This document shows positions 51,501 through 64,000 of a stretch of 64,000 bases of DNA, piece by piece. Numbering within the stretch: position 1 is the stretch's first letter; each line of letters starts with the position of its first letter. The stretch covers positions 1,364,001-1,428,000 of the forward strand of contig MU008164.1 of assembly GCA_010909165.1 (NCBI GenBank), read 5' to 3'. The position numbers were made by a program, and so were the translations under genes. The stretch comes from Anthoceros angustus. Its lineage: Eukaryota; Plantae; Anthocerotophyta. The notes below the pieces were generated by a model. That model did not search any database. It saw only the letters and a program-made list of their open reading frames with translations, and was not told where the DNA came from.

Positions 51501-54500
51501 CACCGTAATATAGATGCTTAGACCCATCCTCTATAATGGAGAACATCATTTAATTTAAACAAACCTTAAAACCTTAGCCCTTTAAAACTTCCCTTTGCAT
51601 GAGTTTCAAAAATATTAACCCGTAAAAGAATAGCCCTGCACCCCTTTTATACACCTTGGTGAGAAATTACCATTTCAAGATGTGCTCCTGCTTCCGCTTC
51701 TGCACCCCTTTCAAACACTTTTGAATTGCCATGTACTCTAGGTGAGAAACTACCACTTCAAGTGAGAAACTACCATTTTAGCACTCCTACTCCGCATGTG
51801 AACCCCTTTAACACTCATGATAGAAACTACCATTTCACCGCCACGTCAGACCCTTTTAATACCATATTAGAAAATACCATTCCATATATAGCAAATTTCC
51901 ATGGAAATATCCCCATGGCCATAATGCAAGTAAGCTTGTAAGGCCATGTCATCACGGAGGACAACCTCGGGACATCCATTTTGGATTTATTTTTTCCATT
52001 TTCCTTCAAGACATTATCATAGATGACGAGACTAGTGTATGTCGAGATTCTATATTTTGTTTTCCGGGCCTCGAAAACCATGGATGCAACCATGGATAGT
52101 TGTCAAACACATTTTCCGGTACTTGAAAGGCATAGTTTTTATAGGTCTATGTTACAAACGGACTAGTACCTCACTCACCTTACATGGTTTTCGACACCGA
52201 CTAGGCCTCCAACATTGCCTCGCAAAAGCTTGTTATTTGAACTGGAGTTGCAAGAAGCGGACAGCATTTCCTCTCCAGCATCGAGGCCGAGTATCAATCC
52301 TTAATCGATGTTTCCAAGAAAGTGGAGTGGAAAAGGTTTTCCTCAAGGTTATTAAAGAAGAGCAATCCTCAACTACTATATTATCGTGACAACGCTCCGG
52401 TCCGCTTTGGCCTTAGTGGCTCACCTCCGGTTCCATGCTAGGATGAAGCACATTGAAATACAAAGATCATTATGTTAGAGATGTAGTTATCAAGTTGACC
52501 TATGTGTACATCGATGCAAACACTGCATACAATTTACAAAATCACCGCCCAAGCATATTTACACACATGTTGAAGGTCTTGACTGCTAGACTATGCTGCC
52601 TACTTCAAAGTAAAGGGCAAATCAATATACCAATAAGCTTCAAGGTGAGAACTAATATATAAGGCCTAGCCTATCTAGGTGTGGAGCATGGTATGTGCTT
52701 GTATGCTAGTACCTAGAGTGCCTAGTGCATATAAGCCATATTGTGTGGGAGTGTTGTGTTCCTCCCATGAATAAAGGCATAACGCTTTTCTAATACATTT
52801 TGTGGAATACACATCCTGCTCCAAAGGAGGCGACATTAGCTTCAAAGGAGATGGCATCTCCACTAAGAACGTTATGCGCAGCATTGACAAAAGGTGTGGA
52901 TCGGACTCGAGTGTTCGTGAACAAATTGTGGCCGTTCTGCACAATTGTCGCCAATTGGGCAAGGACAACAAGTGCAACGTTAACGCTCGTGCAATTTGGG
53001 TAGGAGATTTAGCTCATGCCAATTGGGCCTCTAGCGTTGATTGTGGCCGCAAGCTACCATTGGTGCGTAATCGTAATCTAATGCATCTTCGATTATTGTC
53101 AATGATAAAATGATTGTCAATGGTAAATGATTTTCAATGGCTATCAATTATATACATATAATAAACTTGAAACTTGTATGATGTCCGAAAACCGTGTGGT
53201 AGAGGTGTCTTAGACTTTGCGAGATAGGGACAAATTGTACATTCAATATCGATAATTTTGCTTCTTAATTAATCATTGTAAGAACAATGACAATTGGAGA
53301 ACAATGAGATTGTCGGTACTAATATTTAACTACTATACGAATCGGTCGCTGCCCATGCCTTCGCAATTTCAATCTTCTTTGATAACAATAGATGGCGCTT
53401 AGTACCACGACAAAGAACCCAACCACAATTGTCATGAGGAGAAATGACATGCTACATTGTGAGAGCATGAATAAGACGGAAAATAAGCCTCCCATGATCA
53501 CAAAATCTCAGCTAACATTAGCACCACATGCGCAGATTTTGGAAACGTGTAGCCTTCGAGTTCTTCCTCCAAACAACAAGATGATCAACGCTAATGCAAG
53601 AAGCAGCAATCCTGTAGCGATGAACACCCACCGAAACTTGAATGAATCATCCAAATTTCTGGCGCAATAGGAACAACCAAATGAAGCCAATGGAGAACAT
53701 TAGAACAAATGGGGACCAATATCCCTTGCTCTTCCAGCTCAATGTCTTCAACACCAATGGCTTGAACACTACTCATAGTTTCATGGTCATTCCCACCACA
53801 TCCATGTATTTGATCTACTCCAACATGTGAGTGGTCCATATTCTCATCCAATGTGTTCACTCTGGATCCACCACTGTGAGAGAAGCAAACAATATGCACG
53901 CCAACTTCATATTCATGCGTGGGAAACTCACCGGGACCCCTTTGTCCCGGCGAATATTCATTTCCGACGTGGATTTGAAATCTACTATTACTTGTAAATC
54001 ACTCATGATTAAATTTCCTTGAATCCACGATATATACTCGATTTGCGCTTGTTTCATGTTCACCTAGTGCCCCTTAGGATATGTGCCCACATGCGGTAGG
54101 AGCTAAACGTAAACGCATACAAAAGAAATCGAGGAACAAGGGACTTGACTACATGTACACAATATGTGGTCTATGTCATATATAGACTTCTAGAGGCCTA
54201 ATCTCTCGATAACCAAATAAATTCGTTAAAAATATTAATATAGATTAAATAATTAATAATCCAAGAGGAGGCTTTGTGTACTTCCAAGGCTCGTACAAAA
54301 TTTACTGTGGATGGAACAAGCACGTAGAAATGCAGCAAACCTACAACACTACAAATTGTTAAGCTAAGCGGGTGAATATGGCGCATTGCCAAGGCTCTTC
54401 ACCCTCCCTTTGGCCTTGCTTGGAGGAGACCAATATTGTGGCCCTCGAGCCCTCCATCCAACCCAAGGATACCATCCCGGACATATACGGCTATGTCTAT

Positions 54501-54719
54501 GAGGACCCCTCTCCTTGATCAGCGGCTTTTGCTCTAGCCCTTTATGGCCCTACATCTTTCATGTGTCGGGCTGGTTAGAATGGTGTTTGAACACCTCGAG
54601 ACCTTTTTCTCCCGAAGACCCTTCTAGTGGCTTCAGGAGCTCTTCTTCTTGGGTACTCGTGGCTCGGGAGAGATGCCTCATCGGATCGCCATATAAGGCC
54701 TTGCAACTAGCAGGCTAGT

Positions 54720-55460
54720 TGCTATGGACAGCTTGCCCCTCCATTGGCGTGCGCTCACTTGCGGTTGGGGAAGCCTTCATGCGGCTTCATAGCCGCATTA
54801 TTACCTCCAATGCCGTCACTTCTTCAGCAGCTCAATCCCTTCAATTTGGCATTGCCACTGTGGTCATGAGTCCGTGGTGTTTGGAGTGAAGGCATGCCTT
54901 GACACCCACCCGAGTGGGTGGTCTTATAGGTGGATGTTGAGAACGCCTTCAATGCCATCTCCACAGGCATCATCTTGAGAACTCGGGGATCTTGGCGGCA
55001 TCTTGAGGAGCCTTATGCCTTTTGTCCAAGCTTCTACGGAGATTCTCCACCCTTTACTATCGATAAGAACGTGTCATCGGATTTGCCATCTTTGTCTCGG
55101 AATTAGCCACGGTACTAGGCAAAGCGACACTCTAAGCGATGCTCTCTTCATCATCGCCACAACCGCATCTAGAGCCGCATCCTCAACGCATGATTATCTT
55201 CTCTTTCATGGCGACAACTCTCACATCCTTGGGCCTAGGGACAAGGTCAAGGAAGCCGAGCTCTTCTCTCATGACCTTTCTTTGGTGGGCTTGAAGGTCA
55301 AACTATCTAAGTGTCGTGGTCTTCGTGAGATCCTCCCTACTTTGCGCTTTTTTCTAGAGATTGCTCCGGCCTTAGGCCTCACAGTTTTGGGATCCCCTTG
55401 GTTCCCTTGACTTCATCGGGAGCTTCCTAGACTAGGCTCTTGCGGAGGACTTGTCCCACA
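54720..55460 (+). mobile_element. CRE-like LINE reverse transcriptase fragment (also at ~42150-42690, 43690-44440, 62460-63250)
   Basis: VFGVKACLD.HP.WVV..VDVENAFNAIS, GTRQSDTL (GTRQGDPL-like), GDNSHILGP (decayed YxDD), LVGLKVKLSKC; frameshifted. Confidence 0.75.
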
Positions 55461-56299
55461 TTCGTAACCTCCAGTCTAACATCGGTGCTCTTTTCTAGAG
55501 TTGTAGTTTATCCCTCTCGACATAGCCACGATAAGGCTGTCGATTAAGGTCCTCCCACATCCGGCATAATTGCTTTTTCGGCTTGGGAGTTGCTTCTTTT
55601 GCGTTGTCGGTTCTTGGGAAATTCGTTGGCTTGATGGACTAGTTAAGTTTAGCTTCTTTGGACTAGTTAAGTTTGGCTTGTTGTCGCCGTGAAAGAGATG
55701 CAGGATCTTCACGTCACATGTCCGTAATCCTAATCCCTTCCTTGTGTGATGAAATCTGCGAACCTTCTTTAGCTCAAACTCAGCCGTAAGTGTTCGTGAG
55801 AAAATAATATGGTGAATATGTCCAAAGAGCTGGTTTTCCAAGAAGAATGATGTATATTGGCTTGTTTTGGGGGTCATTTTTCGGCCTTTAGGAACCCAAA
55901 CCCTTTTAGTGAAGAATTATAACTCTTTTCGGGAGACATTGTTCCTCCTCTACTTCCTAGTATGGCAAAGTTTCTCATGGATACCGGTGGTCATAAGCGT
56001 TACAGTGCGGCTGTAAGGCCACGCCATCACGAAGGACAACCTCGGGCGTCCATCCGATTTATCTTCTTTTCCCATTTTCCCTTCATGACACTATTAAAGA
56101 TGACCAAAATCTGCTAATTTAATTTTGTGACTATATAGCTTTTATCATTGTTTTATATATGATTTAAGGTTTGTTTAATTAAGATGATATTCTCCATTCT
56201 AGAGGGATGCATGTATCCATCTATATTCAAAAGCGTGTTACCAAATTCTCTATTTAGTTGTCTTTAAAATTATGAGTCCACAATGAAAATGGAAATGAG

Positions 56300-57830
56300 A
56301 ATGTTTCAAGAAAGATACGCATGTGGAAGTTAATGTATTAGTGAAGATGGTTTTCCAAAGTCTATGAATGATATGAAAAATATACGGGAAAGATATATGC
56401 TTGTAAAACTATGAAAACATATGAAGAAAATAAATCATGTAATAGGTGGAGAGATAAACACTCTTGATTTCTTCCAAGACATTATCATATTTTCAACACA
56501 AAAGGATATGGAACATATATATATTGCTATGTACCTATGGTACATTAAAGATGAACTAAGAAGGGAGCTTATTGTGAGGAGGATGCAAAAATACTTATGT
56601 TTAACCTAATGGAGGCATCAACTTTTGCCACAAGCATAATGTTATGCACCGCGATTTGAAATCGGCTATTATATTAGTACTAAGTTGTCTCAAAATTAAA
56701 CTACGGACTTTGGTTTGTCTATTCCATGTTTCAAAACAAATGAATTATTGTATAGGGGAGCTGCAAGAACCCCATTTCTCATAATATGAAGGTATTGGAC
56801 TCGTTAGATGATGTAAATACAAGCGATTCAAAGGCGATATTTGGAGTGTGGAGTTAATCATGAAGTTTTAACGAAACGTCCTTACACACGTCATGGGTTC
56901 AACATCGAAAGAGAGTGGAGAACTCAATTGGACCTAGATGAGTGGCCCAACATCTTAAAACAGTAAAAATGTACTACACTCAATGTTACATTAAGAACCT
57001 TGACAAGTGTGACAAGTTCTAAACCATTCTTGGTATCTTCTATGTAGAATATAGTAGTTTATTATATAATAAATTATTTCTAAAGTAAAAATAATTTTGA
57101 TCCGATTGATGATCGGTTTTTACACAAGAAAATAATTTTTTCTATAATGAAAAATAAAACTACTATGTTGTATAGAAGATAAAAATAGGACCAAGAATAG
57201 TTTAGAACTTGTTAAGATCTAGTCTGCACTCACCGCTGTAACATAGAGTGCGATGGATATTTTATTTCATTTGAGATGTTGGGCCACTCATGAATGTCTA
57301 TTTGAATTCTCCACTATCCATTTTCAATGTCAAACTCATAGCCTATGTAGGGACGTTTTCTGGTCAAAACTTCATATAGAATGACTCTTGCGCTCCAAAT
57401 ATCAGTTCATAGCTTGTGTTTACATCATCTTCTCGAGTCCCCTACCTCTTTAGCCATGTAACATTAGGTTCCAACTCCCTATACAATAATTCATGTTCAT
57501 TTTGGAAACAGGAACAAACAAACCAAAGTCTGCTAGTTTAATTTTGAGAGGGCTAATAATAATATAACAGCCAGATTCAAATCGCGATGTATAACATTAT
57601 GCCTATGGCAAAATTTGATTGCCTCCACTACGTTAAACATAAGTAATTTTGTATCCTCCTCACAATGAGCTCCTCCTTTCTTAGTTCATCCTTAAGTGTT
57701 CCATAGGTTATAGCTCCATCACTCTATATATATATATATAATTTTACAGGCATATATTTTTTGTATATTTATCATAGTATTCATAGACTTTGGAAAAGCC
57801 ATCTTCTGCGATACATTTTCCCACATGTAT
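56300..57830. pseudogene. Convergent pair of intronless Ser/Thr kinase relics (plus ~56300-56940, minus ~57230-57830); further copies at ~45270-45950 (+) and ~46200-48150, ~48960-49260 (-)
   Basis: YACKTMK, MEAINFCHKHNVMHRDLKS, DFGL, GDIWSVGV on plus; VEAIKFCHRHNVIHRDLN, KLDFGL, TDIWSARVILYEV on minus; many stops and indels. Confidence 0.75.
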
Positions 57831-58719
57831 TTTTCTTAAAACATTCGCACTTCCATTTCCATTGTGGACTCCATAATTCTAAGGATAGATAGATAGAGAG
57901 ATAGGAGGATTTATTTTGGTTTAGGTCCCGGCCTTTGAGTAATTAACGTGTCCGCGAGGATACCGTAAGGAATAAGAATAAATAATTCATTGACACACAC
58001 AATATAGATGGATACACTGTCCCTTTATGAGTGAGGACATCATCTTCATTAAACAAACTTTAACAACCCTAGATAACATGATTATAAAAGTTATATGAAA
58101 GAATCTTGGATAACTTGATTTTATTTAAAGTTGACAGACTCCTAGGAGGCTTTATTTTGGTTTAGGTCTTGCCCTTTGGGTAATTAACGTGCCCTTGAGG
58201 GATACCATGTTGAACAAGTACAGAAAATTTGTTACACACACACCGAATATAGATGCTTAGACCCATCCTCTATAATGGAGAACATCATTTAATTTAAACA
58301 AACCTTAAAACCTTAGCCCTTTAAAACTTCCCTTTGCATGAGTTTCAAAAATATTAACCCGTAAAAAGAATAGCCCCTGCACCCCTTTTATACACCTTGG
58401 TGAGAAATTACCATTTCAAGATGTGCTCCCCTTTAGCTCTGCACCCCTTTCAAACACTTTGGAATTGCCATGTACTCTAGGTGAGAAACTACCACTTCAA
58501 GTGAGAAACTACCATTTTAGCACTCCCTACTCCGCATGTGAACCCCTTTAACACTCATGATAGAAACTACCATTTCACCGCCACGCCTCGCACCTTTAAC
58601 ACTCATGATAGAAACTACCATTTCACCGCCACGTCTTTTTTTATCATATTAGAAAATACCATTCCATATATAGCAAATTTCCCATGGAAATATCCCCATG
58701 GCCATAATGCTGCAAGTAA

Positions 58720-59310
58720 GCTTGTAAGGCCATGTCATCACGGAGGACAACCTCGGGACATCCATTTTGGATTTATTTTCTTTTCCATTTTCCTTCAAGA
58801 CATTATCATAGATGACGAGACTAGTGTATGTCGAGATTCTATGTCGGTTTGTTTTCCAGTTCTGAAAACCATGGATGCAACCAATCGGATAGTTGTCAAA
58901 CACATTTTCCGGTACTTGAAAGGCATAGTTTTTATAGGTCTATGTTACAAACGGACTAGTACCTCACTCACCTTACATGGTTTTCGACACCGACTAGGCC
59001 TCCAACATTGCCTCTCTAAAAGCTTGTTATTTGAACCGGGTTGCAAGAAGCGGACCAGCATTTCCCTCTCCAAGATCGAGGCCGAGTATCAATCCTTAAC
59101 GATGTTTCCAAGAAAGTGGAGTGGAAAAGGTTTTTCCTCAAGGTTATTAAAGAAGAGCAATCCTCAACTACTATATTATCGTGACAACGTTCCGGTCCGC
59201 TTTGGCCTTAGTGGCTCACCTCGGTTCCATGCTAGGATGAAGCACATTGAAATACAAAGATCATTATGTTAGAGATGTAGTTATCAAGTTGACCTATGTG
59301 TACATCGATG
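58720..59310 (+). mobile_element. Copia RT-end/RNase H fragment inside the array unit (also ~50080-50690, 51940-52510)
   Basis: IVVKHIFRYLKG, KKRTSISLS.IEAEYQ, CDNVRSALAL, RFHARMKHIEIQHHYVRD. Confidence 0.8.
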
Positions 59311-62300
59311 CAAACACGCACATCTTAATTTACAAAATCACCGCCCAAGCATATTTACACACATGTTGAAGGTCTTGACACCGCTAGACTATGCTGCCTA
59401 CTTCAAAGTAAAGGGCAAATCAATATACCAATAAGCTTCAAGGTGAGAACTAATATATAAGGCCTAGCCTATCTAGGTGTGGAGCATGGTATGTGCTTGT
59501 ATGCTAGTACCTAGAGTGCCTAGTGCATATAAGCCATATTGTGTGGAGTGTTGTGTTCCCTCCCATGAATAAAGGCATAACGCTTTTCTAATACATTTTG
59601 TGGAATACACATCTGCTCCAAAGGAGGCGACATTAGCTTCAAAGGAGATGGCATCTCCACTAAGAACGTTATCGCAGCATTGACAAAAGGTGTGGGATCG
59701 GACTCGAGTGTTCGTGAACAAATTGTGGCCCGTTTACGCCACAATTGTCGCCAATTGGGCAAGGACAACAAGTGGGCAACGTTAACGCTCGTGCAATTTG
59801 GGTAGGAGATTTAGCTCATGCCAATTGGGCCTCTAGCGTTGATTGTGGCCGCAAGCTACCGATTGGTGTGCGTAATCGTAATCTAATGCATCTTCGATTA
59901 TTGTCAATGATAAAATGATTGTCAATGGTAAATGATTTTCAATGGCTATCAATTATATACATATAATAAACTTGAAACTTGTATGATGTCCGAAACACAT
60001 GTGGTAGAGGTGTCTTAGACTTTGCGAGATAGGGACAAATTGTACATTCAATATCGATAATTTTGTTCTTAATTAATCATTGTAAGAACAATGACAATTG
60101 AGAACAATGAGATTGTCGGTACTAATATTTAACTACTATATTATACTGTGACAACGTTCCGGTCCGCTTTGGCCTTAGTGGCTCACCTCCGGTTCCATGC
60201 TAGGATGAAGCACATTGAAATACTGACATCATTATGTTAGAGATGTAGTTATCAAGTTGACCTATGTGTACATCGATGCAAACACCGCACATCTTAATTT
60301 ACAAAATCACGCCCAAGCATATTTACACACATGTTGAAGGTCTTGACCGCTAGACTATGCTGCCTACTTCAAAGTAAAGGGCAAATCAATATACCAATAA
60401 GCTTCAATGAGAACTAATATATAAGGCCTAGCCTATCTAGGTGTGGAGCATGGTATGTGCTTGTATGCTAGTACCTAGAGTGCCTAGTGCATATAAGCCA
60501 TATTGTGGGAGTGTTGTGTTCCTCCCATGAATAAAGGCATAACGCTTTTCTAATACATTTTGTGGAATACACATCTGCTCCAAAGGAGGCGACATTAGCT
60601 TCAAAGGAGATGGCATCTCCACTAAGAACGTTATCGCAGCATTGACAAAAGGTGTGGATCGGACTCGAGTGTTCGTGAACAAATTGTGCTTCTACACAAT
60701 TGTCGCCAATTGGGCAAGGACAACAAGTCGGGCAACGTTAACGCTCGCAATTTGGGTAGGAGATTTAGCTCATGCCAATTGGGCCTCTAGCGTGATTGTG
60801 GCCGCAAGCTACCGCTTGGTGCGTAATCGTAATCTAATGCATCTTCGATTATTGTCAATGATAAAATGATTGTCAATGGTAAATGATTTTCAATGGCTAT
60901 CAATTATATACATATAATAAACTTGAAACTTGTATGATGTCCGAAACTGTGGTAGAGGTGTCTTAGACTTTGCGAGATAGGGACAAATTGTACATTCAAT
61001 ATCGATAATTTTGTTTTAATTAATCATTGTAAGAACAATGACAATTGGAGAACAATGAGATTGTCGTACTAATATTTAACTACTATACGTAATCGGTCGC
61101 TGCCCATGCCTTCGCAATTTCAATCTTCTTTGATAACAATAGATGGCGCTTAGTACCACGACAAAGAACCCAACCACAATTGTCATGAGGAGAAATGACA
61201 TGCTACATTGTGAGAGCATGAATAAGACAGAAAATAAGCCTCCCATGATCACAAAATCTCAGCTAACATTAGCACCACATGCGATTACTTTGGAAACGTG
61301 TAGCCTTCGAGTTCTTCCTCCAAACAACAAGATGATCAACGCTAATGCAAGAAGCACCGGCAAATCACATGTGATGAACACCCAAAACTTGAATGAATCA
61401 TCCAAATTTCACTACGGCAATAGGAACAACCAAATGAAGCCAATGGAGAACATTAGAACAAATGGGGACCAATATCCCTTGCTCTTCCAGCTCAATGTCT
61501 TCAACACCAATGGCTTGAACACTACTCATAGTTTCATGGTCATTCCCACCGTCCATGTATTTGATCTACTCCAACATGTGAGTGGTCCATATTCTCATCC
61601 AATGTGTTCACTCGATCCACCACAGTGAGAGAAGCAAACAATATGCACCGCCAACTTCATATTCATGCGTGAAACTCACCGGGACCCCTTTGTCCGGCGA
61701 ATATTCATTTCCAGACGTGGATTTGAAATCTACTATTACTTGTAAATCACTCATGATTAAATTTCCGCCCGGAATCCACGATATATATCATTTGCACGCT
61801 TGTTTCATGTTCACCTAGTGCCCCTTAGGATATGTGCCCACATGCGGTAGGAGCTAAGCGTGTAAACGCATACAAAAGAAATCGAGGAACAAGGGACTTG
61901 ACTACATGTACACAATATGTGGTCTATGCGTCATATATAGACTTCTAGAGGCCTAATCTCGATAACCAAATAAATTCGTTAAAAATATTAATATAGATTA
62001 AATAATTAATAATCCAAGAGGAGGCTTTGTGTACTTCCAAGGCTCGTACAAAATTTACGGATGGAACAAGCAGAAATGCAGCAAACCTACAACACTACAA
62101 ATTGTTAAGCTAAGCGGGTGAATATGGCGCATTGCCAAGGCTCTTCACCCTCCCTTGGCCCTTGCTTGGAGGAGACCAATATTGTGGCCCTCCGAGCCCT
62201 CCATCCAACCTCAAGGATACCATCCCGGACATATACGGCTATGTCTATGAGGACCCCTCTCCTTGATCAGCGGCTTTTGCTCTAGCCCTTTATGGCCCTA

Positions 62301-64000
62301 CATCTTTCATGTGCTGGTTAGAATGGTGTTTGAACACCTCGAGACCTTTTCTCCCGAAGACCCTTCTAGTGGCTTGTGGGAGCTCTTCTTCTTGGGTACC
62401 ATGGCTCGGGAGAGATGCCTCATCGGATCCGCCATATAAGGCCTTGCAACTAGCAGGCTAGTTGCTATGGACGAGCTTGCCCCCTCCATTGGCGTGCGCT
62501 CACTTGCGGTTGGGGAAGCCTTCATGCGGCTTCATAGCCGTACTATTACCCTCCAACGCCGTCACTTCTTCAGCAGCAGCTCAATCCCCTTCAATTTGGC
62601 ATTGCCACTTCGGTGGGCTGCGAGTCCGTGGTGTTTGGAGTGAAGGCATGCCTTGACATCCACCCGGAGTGGGTGGTCTTATAGGTGGATGTTGAGAACG
62701 CCTTCAATGCCATCTCCACAGGCATCATCTTCAGGAACTCGGGGATCTTGGCGGCATCTTGAGGAGCCTTATGCCTTTGTCCAAGCTTCTACGGAGATTC
62801 TCCACCCTTTACTATCAAAGATAAGAACGTGTCATCGGATTTGCCATCTTTGTCTCGGAATTAGCCACGGTACTAGGCAAAGCGACACTCTAGGCGATGC
62901 TCTCTTCATCATCGCTCACAGGGCCGCATCTAGAGCGCATCCTCAACGCATGATTATCTTCTCTTTGCTGTGAGACAACTCTCACATCCTTGGGCCTAGG
63001 GACAAGGTCAAGGAAGCCTTCGAGCTCTTCTCTCATGACCTTTCTTTGGTGGGCTTGAAGGTCAAACTATCTAAGTGTCGTGTCGGTCTTCGTGAGATCC
63101 TCCCTACTTTGCGCTTTTTTCTGACGAGATTGCTCCGGCCTTAGGCCTCACGGATTTTGGGATCCCCTTGGTTCCCTTGACTTCATCGGAGCTTCCTAGA
63201 CTAGGCTCTTGCGGAGGACTTGTCCCACATTCAACCTCCAGTCTAACATCCGGTGCTCTTTTCTAGAGTTGTAGTTTATCCTCTCGACATAGCCACGATA
63301 AGTCGATTAAGGTCCTCCACATCCGGCATAATTGCTTTTTTGCTTGGGGTTGCTTCTTTTGCGTTGTCGGTTGGCAAGAGTGCAGTGCGATTTGGCTTGA
63401 TGGACTAGTTAAGTTTAGCTTCTTGGACTAGTTAAGTTTGGCTTGTTGTCGCCTCGTGAAAGAGATGCAGGATCTTCACGTCACATGTCCGTAATCCTAA
63501 TCCTTCCTTGTGACGATGAAATCTGCGAACCTTCTTTAGCTCAAACTCACTGTCGGTAAGTGTTCGTGAGAAAATAATATGGTGAATATGTCCAAAGAGC
63601 TGGTTTTCCAAGAAGAATGATGTATATTGGCTTGTTTTGGGGGTCATTTTTCGGCCTTTAGGAACCCAAACCCTTTTAGTGAAGAATTATAACTCTTTTC
63701 GGAGACATTGTTCCTCCTCTACTTCCTAGTATGGCAAAGTTTCTCATGGATACCGGTGGTCATAAGCGTTACAGTCGGCTGTAAGGCCACGCCATCACGA
63801 AGGACAACCTCGGAACGTCCATCCGATTTATCTTCTTTTCCCATTTCTCTTCATGACACTATTAAAGATGACCAAAATCGCTAATTTAATTTTGTGACTA
63901 TATAGCTTTTATCATTGTTTTATATATGATTTAAGGTTTGTTTAATTAAGATGATATTCTCCATTCTAGAGGGATGCATGTATCCATCTATATTCAAAAA

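Larger units (their letters stand above)
38324..64000. repeat. Tandem array of a ~6.8 kb composite unit (about 2.5 copies) with nested local duplications
   Basis: Marker acacatgttgaaggtcttgac at ~38324, 39543, 50720, 52562, 59359, 60327 (52562 to 59359 is ~6.8 kb); marker tagagggatgcatgtatccatc at ~45170, 56200, 63968. Local duplications at ~41480-41950, 42730-44200, 46500-47700, 48960-50060, 51160-52970, 60140-61080. Confidence 0.9.

Overview
Eukaryotic nuclear DNA from a non-seed land plant. Compact genes with mostly ~80-150 nt introns, plus both DYW:KP-type and DYW:WW-type PPR editing factors, fit a hornwort (Anthoceros-like) best; this is inference, and ferns also carry both types. 0-10 kb is an accessory region with PPR relics, an unidentified duplicated repeat family, a CRE-like LINE fragment, and the standout gene. 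That gene (4970-6676, minus) fuses three LysM domains to a protease domain that looks like an animal-type caspase rather than a plant metacaspase: it has an intact His/Cys dyad, a KPKVFLINACRG motif and both arginines of the Asp-binding S1 pocket. 11-31 kb is a dense conserved gene block: TON2/FASS, Cys-tRNA synthetase, ABC1K kinase, AIRP2-like RING ligase, a PLS-class PPR with a broken DYW:WW domain, and an atypical pectate lyase-like gene. 31-64 kb is repeat-rich: a probable solo LTR, a decayed Copia, and ~2.5 tandem copies of a ~6.8 kb composite unit (Copia, CRE-RT and kinase relics) with many local duplications and small indels, so part of it may be assembly noise. All domain calls come from motif recognition by eye; no searches were run.
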